From NCBI GenBank assembly GCA_001275005.1, contig JWZX01003365.1, positions 1 through 32,789 on the forward strand: 32,789 nt of DNA. The letters run 5' to 3'. The translations under genes and the position numbers were made by a program. The notes under the pieces are model-generated. The model had not been told where the DNA came from. It worked only from the letters and a program-made list of their open reading frames with translations, and did not search any database. This DNA is from Chrysochromulina tobinii (Eukaryota). Positions 1-9,500 of the stretch are shown here, one piece after another (the first letter of the stretch is position 1; each line of letters opens with the position of its first letter).

Positions 1-1332
1 CGGAGGCGGCGAGGGCGGCGGCGGCGGGCGCGGCGGCAGGGGGGGTGGCGCCGGGCAAGTTGAGACGTTGCCATAGACGTCGGTGAGGGTCGTTGCCCAG
101 GAGCAGACCGTGCCGCCGAGGACAATAATATTGGGCCCATAAGGAGCTGTGTTCCCACTGATCGTGCATGATGAGATGGTCACTGTGCCACCCTCGACAA
201 GGACACCGCCACCATTTCCATAATATCCATATATAGCAGCTGCATTCCCACTGATGGTAGACGATGAGATGGCTACTGTGCCACCCTGGACATGGACACC
301 ACCGCCACTTCCTCGAACTTGTCCATAATTATTATACCCCGATGCTCTGTTCCCACTGATGGTGCACGATGAGATGGTCACTTCGCCATCCAGGACCCAG
401 AAACCGCCGCCATACGCATTTCCATAAGCTTCATTTCCAAGGATCGAGGAAGACGTAATCGTGATGACGCCTCCATAGACGGCGACACCACCGCCAGTTC
501 CAGAGGAAGCCGAATTCCCACTGATGGTACACGATGAGATGGCCACTGTGCCACCCGAGACATAGACACCGCCGCCATATAAACCAGCTCTATTCCCACT
601 GATGGTGCACGATGAGATGGCCACTGCGCCACCCTGGACATGGACACCGCCGCCATATCCATTCCGGTAGACATAATGTCCGAAAAATTCTCCATAGGAA
701 GCCCAGTTCCCACTGATGGTGCACGATGAGATGGTCACTGTGCCACTTTGGACCAAGACACCGCCTCCAACAGAGCCTATGCCACCTCCCGTGATGTTGA
801 GCCCGTTCACTTGCACGACGCCCGACGAGCCCGGGTTGATGTTCAGCACACGGCGCGGACTCGAGTCGCTCTCTTGTGCGTGCAGCACGACCGAGCCTGC
901 CACCGCCGCCTCGAGGACGACGCTCCTGGTGATGCCGAGCTCGGCGCTGAGGTAGTAGGTGCCGGACGCAAGGACGATGCGGCCGACGGCGGTGTTGGCG
1001 AGTGCACTGGTCAGGCCGGCGGCGGTGCTCACCGCGGTCTGCAGCTCACGGCGGTGGCTGGGCACAAGGGACGCCGAGGCGACGCTGCCCACGATCGACC
1101 CGGAGCCCACGATGGTTGTGGAGTGCGCGAGCTGTCGCCCATCATGCTGGCTGCTCGGGAGGGCTCGTCCGAGCTCCGTCGAAGGCGGTCGCAGCGCCGG
1201 CAGAGGGCTGAATCCGCCGTCGTCGGGCGCGGGCGGGAGCGGCGGAGGCGGCATTACGGTCAAAGGCGGCGGCAAAGGCGAATGTGCCGAGGCCGTCACG
1301 GCGACGATCCCGTGCAGGAGTCCTCGAGCCAT
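1..1332 (-). CDS. Beta-helix / polymorphic membrane protein (Pmp)-like repeat protein, 3' end outside the window
   Basis: Manual translation from ATG at 1332 stays open to base 1 (444 codons; absent from the ORF track because no stop lies in the window). MARGLLHGIVAVTASAHS..., a Pro-rich linker, HRRELQ, GRIVLASGTYYLSAELGITRSVVL, seven GGGVxVxxGTVxISSCTISGN-type repeats, then CPAPPPLPPRPPPP. Confidence 0.85.
   Translation of the reverse strand, partial: MARGLLHGIVAVTASAHSPLPPPLTVMPPPPLPPAPDDGGFSPLPALRPPSTELGRALPSSQHDGRQLAHSTTIVGSGSIVGSVASASLVPSHRRELQTAVSTAAGLTSALANTAVGRIVLASGTYYLSAELGITRSVVLEAAVAGSVVLHAQESDSSPRRVLNINPGSSGVVQVNGLNITGGGIGSVGGGVLVQSGTVTISSCTISGNWASYGEFFGHYVYRNGYGGGVHVQGGAVAISSCTISGNRAGLYGGGVYVSGGTVAISSCTISGNSASSGTGGGVAVYGGVITITSSSILGNEAYGNAYGGGFWVLDGEVTISSCTISGNRASGYNNYGQVRGSGGGVHVQGGTVAISSSTISGNAAAIYGYYGNGGGVLVEGGTVTISSCTISGNTAPYGPNIIVLGGTVCSWATTLTDVYGNVSTCPAPPPLPPRPPPPPSPPP
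152..770 (-). repeat. Coding repeat array: conserved unit plus variable spacer
   Basis: Near-identical + strand unit ttcccactgatggtgcacgatgagatggYcactgtgccacc starts at 152, 245, 350, 515, 593 and 707, with a degenerate copy near 435. Spacings (93, 105, 165, 78, 114) are all multiples of 3. Confidence 0.9.
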
Positions 1333-2076
1333 CGATCGCAGACCACAAGCACCTTCGGCCGGGAGGATAAGTTCACAACAAAATCAGAGACCCCACCGCT
1401 CCCCAGCAGCTGGTCCTGTCCGGGAGCAGAGAGAGTCGACCTTCGAGCGTGAGATGGGGCAGCACTTGGGGCGTCGTGTGCGCATGTGCGCGAGCATGTG
1501 GTCGCATGAGAACCGGAAGGGTTAGCCGCTGCAGAAAAACAGCTCGACAGTTTAGAAAGTACCGGTACTGTACGACCTGACGAGCAAACATCTCGTCTTC
1601 CCACAGCCCGCGGAAGCAGAAGTGCGTCCACAGCCATGGTAAGTGTCCTGTGGGGTGCTTCACTTCCGTGTGGTGGTTACAAAAAGTTGGGAAACCTCAG
1701 GGGGGGGGGCGTTGCCCCCCCGGAGGAGGGGGGGGCCACTTAGGCCACGTGTTTAAGGGCCAGCTGTACGACCCTGTAGAAGAGGTAAACTTGGTCGTGT
1801 CGGTTACTTTGTACATGGGTTGTTGATGATCGCGGTTCATCAAACTACACAAAGGCAGCCTGGCATCCCGGTCCCTGCTCAACATTGACCAGGTTATGAC
1901 CAGGCTCATCGGGGTGCCCGCGGTGGGTGGGTGGGAAGCTGGGAACATCCAATCTCTCTCATGAACCCGAACATGAACCCCCTGGCGAAACTTTTCCTCA
2001 CTTGGTACTGTTCCATTTATCCGCACTTCTGAGAACGGAGCGAAGCGCTAGTCTCGGCGCGAGTTTTCGTGAAAAG

Positions 2077-3009
2077 ATGGGGTTCCCAGCTTCAACGTTA
2101 TCAGCCGGGCTCGTCCCCACGGGACCGCTCAAGGAGATGAAGCGGACGAAAGGCAAGTACGTCTCGACGCTCGATGTAGACTTGGTGCCGCCGCCCAAGC
2201 CCGAGAGGAGCCTCGCTCCGGCGGCAGCAGCGCCAGCGGCTGAGGCAGTGCCGGCAGCGCCAACAGCGCAGCAACCGCCACACCGCTTCGACTACTTTCG
2301 GCACTTGCGCGAATTTGAGACGCCGGCACGCCCGCGGCCTCCGCTTGGCGGTGGCCTTGGACCGGACCACTGCATCTTCACCGGTGACAGGTTCAACAAT
2401 GCCGGCGTGAATGAAGGCGAGACACGCTCGGTGGTGACGCAGCAGCCGCTGCCCCTTCCCACCGCATTGCCACCACGCGTCTACATGGCCAATCGACCTG
2501 TCTACCTGCCGGGCGATCGCCTCGTGACGCCCGCGCAGCCAACGTGCATCTTCACTGGCGACGACCTGCCACCGCCGCAGCGCCCGTCGTCTCGCGTTGC
2601 GGCGCGCCCGCCCGAGACGCCGGCGGAGGTGTGGCTGGCCGCGCGTTCGGGCGCCGAGCGCTGCGAGTGGCCGAGCGGCCCGTCAGGCGCCGCCTCGAGC
2701 GTCCAGCTCCAGCGGCTGCGCGAGTGGAAGGGCCGGTGCGTGATGCCTGAGACGATCGAGGGCGTGCCTGGCTTTGGCGCCGTAGGCGAGGGCGGGCGTG
2801 GGCCGGCAGACGCGGAGGCGGAGGCTGCGTGGCGCATCGAGCGCCAGTTCCGCGAGTGGGAAAATCAGACTGATCGCGAAGGAGCGCGCCGCTCACGTGA
2901 GCGTGCGGAGCTCGAGACTGCTAACAAGGCCGTGAGCGAGTACGGCGAGCGCCGACCTTCGCGTGGCACGGGTGACGTCTTCACTCCGTACGCGCCGCGA
3001 CTGTTTTGA
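2077..3009 (+). CDS. Hypothetical protein (Pro-rich, two CIFTGD motifs, charged C-terminal helix)
   Basis: Open frame from ATG 2077 (MGFPAST...) with GC3-biased codons, followed by an AT-richer 3' region. No domain recognised. Confidence 0.65.
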   Translation: MGFPASTLSAGLVPTGPLKEMKRTKGKYVSTLDVDLVPPPKPERSLAPAAAAPAAEAVPAAPTAQQPPHRFDYFRHLREFETPARPRPPLGGGLGPDHCIFTGDRFNNAGVNEGETRSVVTQQPLPLPTALPPRVYMANRPVYLPGDRLVTPAQPTCIFTGDDLPPPQRPSSRVAARPPETPAEVWLAARSGAERCEWPSGPSGAASSVQLQRLREWKGRCVMPETIEGVPGFGAVGEGGRGPADAEAEAAWRIERQFREWENQTDREGARRSRERAELETANKAVSEYGERRPSRGTGDVFTPYAPRLF

Positions 3010-3374
3010 CGACGAGAGCGGGAGCAGCCTGCGCGATGCCTGCGATTGGACCCTCACGCGGGGATCAGGTGAAGGTGCGGTTGACCCCCTCTTACAGCTG
3101 AGGTGTGACCCGACCGTCACCGTTGTAGCTTCTCTTTGAAGTCGTACACGACCGTGCTCTACATCGACAACACCGTCTACGCTTTAATCTCTAGATGTAC
3201 CTATCTGAGTCTATTCTATAGGTCAAACAGAAATCATTCATCGGATCAAATCGGATAGGAAATCGATCCACTCACTTTTCGTCGCGACACACCGGGACAG
3301 TTCGTGTCAGCTCAACTCGGGGGTCGTCTGGTGTTGTCCGTTGATGATTACCAATCAAGTTGTGATTGATCAAG

Positions 3375-4175
3375 TCATCGCTTCGTATTCCGCTTGCGGA
3401 GGTCCTGTATCTGCGTGAGCAGGGCTTCGCGGTGCTGTTCCGAACCCTCGAGCTGCACCCGCAGCGCCTCGAGCTGAGCGTCTCGCTCGCGCACCTGTTC
3501 GCCCAGGTCGCGCGTGATGCTGAGCAGGTCGCGCTGCAGCTGCCGCACCCGGTCCTGGTGGTCCAGGTCCATCTGCTGCATACGCGCCAGCAGCCGGCGC
3601 TCATTCTGCTCGAGCACATCCAGCCGCTCGACCGCGGCCTCCAAATGCTGCTGCAGCAGCGCCTTCTGCGCCATCGACTCGCGATGCCACTCGTCATGCA
3701 CCTTCTGCAGCCCCTGCACGGCCTTACCCATAAGCAGCGGCTCACGTGTCTCCGCAAAGCGCTTCTTCCACTCGCGCGCTTGTTGGACGAGCTCTTGTGC
3801 TTGCAAGAGCGGTGCCTGTCTTAGCTTATCTGGGATCAATATGCGTGTGCTCTCGAACATCGGTGGCGACGGCGCGTCCCGCATCGTCGGGCGCAGCTCC
3901 TGTCCGACGGTGAGCGCCCACGAGAGCAGCGGCGCGCCCTCGCCTTGAGACGGCTTACTGATCGTGCCCGATACAGCAGGTCGCGGTGACAGTGCCAACG
4001 ACGAGGCTGGTCGAGACCCTGGAGATGTGGCACACCCTGGTCTTGCTGGCTGGTTTTGTTGCCAGTCAGCGCTTTCCCAGCGGGTCGTCTGGGTCGGTCG
4101 CGACGCTGAGCTCGGCCGCGTGGGTGCTGTTCGCTGGGGGGCCGGTCGCACGGTGGCGGATCGGGGACGCTCCAT
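3375..4175 (-). CDS. Hypothetical coiled-coil protein
   Basis: ORF MERPRSAT... with a disordered N-terminus and a heptad-rich Q/E/L/R C-terminal half (LLQQHLEAAVERLDVLEQNERRLLARM...). The start could instead be ATG 4184. Confidence 0.7.
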   Translation of the reverse strand: MERPRSATVRPAPQRTAPTRPSSASRPTQTTRWESADWQQNQPARPGCATSPGSRPASSLALSPRPAVSGTISKPSQGEGAPLLSWALTVGQELRPTMRDAPSPPMFESTRILIPDKLRQAPLLQAQELVQQAREWKKRFAETREPLLMGKAVQGLQKVHDEWHRESMAQKALLQQHLEAAVERLDVLEQNERRLLARMQQMDLDHQDRVRQLQRDLLSITRDLGEQVRERDAQLEALRVQLEGSEQHREALLTQIQDLRKRNTKR

Positions 4176-4513
4176 TGTTAGCATGCGCCATGAATGTAGA
4201 CACTTCACACCAAACTTACAAACTTGTTAGCATTTTTTATTGCTCACACGCTAAAGGCTCATCCGCGCCCGACTGCGCCCGAGACCCGACCACCTGCCAC
4301 AAGCCACATCATGAGCCCCTCTCACTGCACACGAACCACACGATTCTTACTCACGTGCCAAGTAATCAATGCCCTCGTCTTTTCCCGGCACACTCCTGCC
4401 CGCGGTGCTGGCAGCACGCGTGCCCTCGCCAAAAGCAGCGATGGCTCGCGCCTGCAGATGGCTCGGCTGACGTGCTGCCACAGCGCCCCTCCGCGCCCCT
4501 CTAGTCGCGCACG

Positions 4514-5723
4514 CTAGTCGTCCAAGGCGTCGACGTCGTCGACGCGGATGCCGTGTTGCTCGAGGGTCTCGCGCAGGTGGCGCACCACGTCACTCTTCTT
4601 CCGTAGCATCTGCCGCGAAGAGGCGCGCGAGGGTAGAAGTGAGCAACGCGAGAGAGGCGGGCGGCGTTCGCGCGGTGGCGGCGGCTGGGGGGGGCGGCGG
4701 CTGTGGTGTCGCATCTCGCCTGCTTGAGATTGACGAATTGGGTCGAACGCTCGAGGCGCGAGTCGAGCTCAGCCTGGGCTTGGTCGAGGGAGGCCTGGAG
4801 CTGTGCGGCTGCGTCCTGCGCATCGTGCAGCTCGCGCAACAGAGTGTCGTGTCCGGTGCCCGGCTGCTCGGGCGGCGGCGCGGCCGCCTCCCGATCGTAC
4901 GCGGCCTGCAGCTCGGCCTGGAGCTGCTCGACCTGCGCACGCAAGGCCTCGGTCTCGTCCGAGGAGCCCGAAGACATGGCCTCCACCTGCGCCTGCAGCT
5001 CCGACTTCTCGCGCAGGATCTGCTGCGTCTGCACCTGCATGCGCTGGAAGCGCTCCTGAAGAGACGCGTTGTCGTCGCGCGCGCCCTGCAGATCGGCGAT
5101 CAGCCGAGGGTCCTGCGTCATGCCGACGGGGCGGAGCGTGCGCGAGGGGGAGGCGCGCACGACGGATGCGCGCGCGCTCAGCGGTGGCGCTGAGCCCGAC
5201 GAGCCGTGCACGCTCCTGTCCCACTGCTCGACTGCCTCGAGCAAGCCAATGTCCTCCGTGGCCGCCAAGTTGGTGGTCAGCGTCAAACCGTTGTTGCTCT
5301 CGGCCTGCTCGAAGGCCTGCTTGAGCAGCAGCACCGAGCTGAACATCGTCGACTGAAGGTCGCGCTTCATCGCCTGGCGCACCACTGCGAGGAGCAGCAG
5401 ACGAGAGCCAGCCACAGCGGTGGCCGAGCCCACAAACACGTCAGAGACCTCCTAGCGAGAGGGGCGATTCATGCTGCTGTTGTGCCTGCGTATGTGTGCG
5501 CGGGGTGTTGGCGGGAGCGGCGGGCGCACGCACTCGTCAGCAGGCCTTCCAGGATGTTGGCCACCTCGTCAGCCGAGTAGCTTTCCTCAAAGAGGCGAGA
5601 CTCGTTCACCTCTTTGAACTCGGCGGCCACCTCGGCGATCGCCGTGTCGCGCTTACGACGCAAGAAGCGCAGATACTCGACGAGCTGTCGATCGTGATCC
5701 GGATTCAGCTGGTGGTCGCCCAT
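4514..5723 (-). CDS. LZTFL1: Leucine zipper transcription factor-like 1 (BBS17), BBSome trafficking regulator; 3 exons (5723-5534, 5384-4720, 4609-4514)
   Basis: N-terminus LNPDHDRQLVEYLRFLRRKR...ESRLFEESYSADEV..ILEGL, middle SSVLLLKQAFEQAE and C-terminus STQFVNLKQMLRKKSDVVRHLRETL match the LZTFL1 pattern. Introns 5533-5385 (GTGCGT..GCAG, phase 1) and 4719-4610 (GCGAGA..GCAG, phase 0) restore one frame. Confidence 0.9.
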
Positions 5724-5935
5724 ACCGCCGCGGCGATCGTGGGCAAGACCGCCTCGATTCGGCGGTCCTTTGCAAGACAGCGGATTCGGCGCGGCTCGGA
5801 GTAAGCCGGCAAGCCACGGGTGTGAATACTAAGAGTTTTGGCCTTCCACCGTTACGGTTGTGTTTTGTGTCCCGGCTCCCCCCGGCGTCTTTGAACCGGT
5901 CAAGTTCTATTTTAGTATCGCAGCAGCCTCTTTCC

Positions 5936-6451
5936 ATGCGACAAATGGTCGGCCGATCGCGACCTCTCTTCCACCTGCGCGGCCTGTGCGACTCCTTGGA
6001 GACCGAGCTTGGCCTACGCCGTACGCTCACCAAGAAGCTCGTGGCTCAGCGCAAGCATCCGCCGCCGCCGCCGCCGCAGCCGATCACGGGGCCGGTCGCG
6101 CGGGTCTCTACAACACAGATCAAGGAGGGCACAGCCGCGCAGCTGCAGCACGCGTACACAACGCACGCAAAAGAGCTGTACCGCTCTTGCCCGGGCTTCC
6201 TCGGCTCCGTGCTGCTCCTCGATCGCAAGAGCAACACCGCGAGGAGCGTTACGATGTGGCAGAAGTCAGCAGACATGGCAGCCGCCGCGGTTCACCCTCG
6301 GTATTCGGCGGTCATGGGCGAGCTCGCGGCCTCCTTTGCTGATACGCCCGACTCGCAGACGTGGGAACTCGCGGCCGCTTTCTTCGGTCAGGGCGATTTG
6401 GCGCCAGAGGTGGAGCCTGGTGGCCATGAGGGTGATTCTGCTCAAGCATGA
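5936..6451 (+). CDS. ABM (antibiotic biosynthesis monooxygenase)-like dimeric alpha/beta barrel protein, possibly organelle-targeted
   Basis: ARVSTTQIKEG...CPGFLGSVLLLDRKSNTARSVTMWQKSADM fits the ABM pattern. The Arg/Leu-rich N-terminus resembles a mitochondrial presequence. Confidence 0.7.
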   Translation: MRQMVGRSRPLFHLRGLCDSLETELGLRRTLTKKLVAQRKHPPPPPPQPITGPVARVSTTQIKEGTAAQLQHAYTTHAKELYRSCPGFLGSVLLLDRKSNTARSVTMWQKSADMAAAAVHPRYSAVMGELAASFADTPDSQTWELAAAFFGQGDLAPEVEPGGHEGDSAQA

Positions 6452-6597
6452 GTAGCCACGGTGGTGCTGCGTGCGCGGGCGAAAGCTCCAGCTCGTATTC
6501 CAGAACAGACTAGAGACAGTTAGCATACGGGCGCTCCTTAAGCTTTAAAAGCATCACAAGCCCTTGGATGCTTGCATGGGATTAACGAGGACATCTC

Positions 6598-9500
6598 TCA
6601 CTGCCGCGTGAGCATGGCGCCGTTGGGGTGGAGGAGCAACGTGAGCGTCACGCGCTTGCTCGCGAGCTCCGTCAGGTGGCGCTCGGCTGCCTCGTCGAGC
6701 CGGGAGTGGTGCATGTCGAGGTGCGTCAGCCGCGACGTATCGTGCTCGCGCAGTGCGTCGTACAGGAGTTTGCCACCCGTTGGGCCGAGGGCGTTGCTCG
6801 ACACGTCCAAGTGGCGCAGCGCCGGCGCGCAAAGCGCCGTGCCGGGCGCGGCGAGCGGATTGCCGCCGCCGCCGCCTTGCACCCCGCCGGCGCCGGCGCC
6901 GCCTGGCGGCACCCCACGCTCGGCCCCTTGGGTGGTGCGGCAGCGCAGACAGTCGGCGAGCAGCGTCGCGCCATCGAGCTCCCAGCTCCCAAACTGCTGC
7001 TGCCCGTATGCGTCCGACCAGAGGCCGCAAATCCGGTTGTTGGCTAGGCTCAGGTGCGTGAGGGAGCTCGAGCGCTGCACCGCCTGCAACAGGGCATGCA
7101 ACGCAGAGGAGGTGTACGGGGCGGGGCGGCGCGGCCCCTCCGCAGTGAACAACGTCGACACGCCGCAGATCATGTTGTTCGAGAGGTCGAGCGATGTGAG
7201 CGAGCACGGGATGACAAGGGGCGGCGGTGGCGGTGGTGGGGATGCAGGCAGTGCCTCTTGGGCCTCGGGCAGGCCAGTGCCGCCCGGGACGGCGCTGCCC
7301 GGGACGGCGCCGCCCGGCCGTCCGAGGAGCGCCGCCGCGAGCGCCTTGCACCCATCCACCCCGATGGCGTTCCCTTCGAGCGCAAGGGTGGTGAGCGTGC
7401 CCCTCTGTGGAGTGCTCACGAGCGCGCGCGCCATCGCAGACGCCCCCTCGTCGCGCAGTCCGTTGCCGTTGCAGAGCAGCGTGACCAGGCATGAGCGCGG
7501 CAGCGCGTCGGCAATCGCGTGAATGCCATCAGCGCAGTACACTCCGTGCGCGCCGTAGGTATCCGACCCTGCGGGCCAAGGGCAGGGGGCGACACATTCG
7601 TCAGCAGTTTGTGGCAGGGAGTGTGGCGAGAGGCATCATGTGGGCGTGGAGAGGGCGTGGAGGAGAAGGCGTGGAGGAGAGGGCGTGCTCAGCTGCTCAC
7701 AGGTGCCGCAGATGCGGTTGTGGCTGATGTCGAGGAAGGTGATCGAGGGGGTAGCGCTGACGGTGGTGGCAAGCTCGACAGCGGCCGGGACCCCGAGGCG
7801 CGTGTGCTGCAGCTCGAGCATGCTGAGCTGGCACTGCGGGTTGTTGCGCAGGGCGAGTGCCACAGCCTGCACGCCCTCGTCCCGCAGCGGATTGTTGGCG
7901 AGAGTGAGCTTCGTGAGAGTCGAGTTCCTCTCGATGAGGGAGCCAATGATGGTGCCCGAGGCGATCGAGAGCTTCTGGCCTCCAAAGTCGAGCGCCGGCG
8001 CGCCGCCCGCCCCGCCACCCACGCCCTTGAGGGATGGAAGGTGGAGGGGCGATCCCTCGAGATTGGACGAGATGAGCGCGGGAAGGGCGCCCGCAGCGAG
8101 AGCCCCCGCAAGCAACCGCGGCACCTCGGGAGCGAGGGCGCCGCAGCCCGACAGGTCGAGTGCCGTCACCGCTGGTCGCGACCAGAGCCAGCGTGCGAGC
8201 TGGAGCACCTTGGGTGTAGTGCAGAGCTCCCTCACGCTCAGGCTGACAGTGGGGGCATGCAGCGATAGCGGGCCGAGCGGACCGTCCACCGTCTCCTCGG
8301 GTCGACCAAGGACGGGAGCCGCAGTGACGCCAGCGACGCTCTGGCACACCAGCGCGGCCAGCGCTCGGCAAAGGGCGTCCTCCTTGCCGCGCGCGTGCTC
8401 GCGGAGCAGTGCTCGCTCGTTTGGTATGGTACACGTGGCGCCATCAAACGAGATGAGCTCGCCATGGGGCGCGAGGATCAGATCGAGCCGCGTGCGCGCC
8501 AGGCGCTCCTCCGCATAGTTTAGGCGCGTCTGCATCCGCTGCCGACGCTCCGCCGTGCGCTCGCGCTCGTCGAGGTTGAGGGCCGAGCCGCCATCGTCGA
8601 GTGCCGCCGCCGCCTCGAGCTCATAAGAGTCCATGTCGGACGCATGGAGTGCTGCGGCCGCCGCGCCAAAGTCATCCTCGGCGCTCGCGAGGGCGGCGCG
8701 CTTCTCACCAGCGAGGAGCTCCACAGCGCGCCCTTCGACGCTGATGTGCCCGAGCCGGCCCGACTGTCGCTCCTCGAGCGCGGCCCCCAGCTCGAGGAGC
8801 ACCCACAGGCGCGTGAGCACATTGGCACGTGCTGATGAGAGCAGCAGCGTCGCACGCGGCGGCGGCTCGGCATGCAGGAGACGGTAAAAGGGCGAAGACC
8901 TCGGGTGGAGCCGCCCGTAGATGTCAAAGTGTTGGGGCAGAGAGAGGAAGCAGATGAACGCCCCTTCGACATCGTGCGGCCAGGCGGCGAGTGCACGCGC
9001 CGCAAACGCGTAGATGCCCTCGTCCCAGCTGTGGCTGAAGGCGAGGCCACACTTTAGGCCGCCGCGATGGAGGTTCATCTTGAGGGACCAGGCGACACCT
9101 GGCAACGGCTGGCAGAGGCACGTCGCGGGCTTGACCACGCGCGCCACCACCTGATGGATTGAGGGCCCGATCGTCGCGTCGTCGAAGCGCTCCTGTGCAT
9201 AGGGCGGCGTACCCGTTGGTGTACCCGTTGGTGGGCTGTTGACAATATGTCCGAGCGCGTGCGCGGCGCGGACTTGGTCGATGAAGAGGGCGAGCTGGGC
9301 TTTGGAGACTCCCCACATGGACGGTGCGAGCCCTCCCTCGCCGTAGAGAAGCTGCGCGCCCGTGAAGACCTCGGCTCCGCTCTTAGCTCCGCTCGCGGAC
9401 GGGGGAGGGGCGCTCAGGCCGGGCGCGAGGGCCTTTGCCGGCGTGACTGCCTTCCCCTGCCTTTTGATCGCCTCCTCGATGAGCCTCTTCGCCTCGGGTG

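Noticed and set aside
152..770. CRISPR-like repeat-spacer pattern
   Set aside because: Spacings are all multiples of 3 within one open minus-strand frame, spacer lengths vary widely, no cas genes are present and the context is eukaryotic. It is a coding repeat.
378..1525. ORF-track entries 378-713(-), 716-955(+), 748-1452(+) and 959-1525(+)
   Set aside because: Off-frame or antisense shadows of the real minus-strand gene 1332-1.
1857..1907. SRP RNA helix-8-like stem on the minus strand (CCUGG..AGCAGG)
   Set aside because: It lacks the GNRA loop and correct spacing, and I could not identify the rest of an SRP fold. Retained only as an unassigned structured element.
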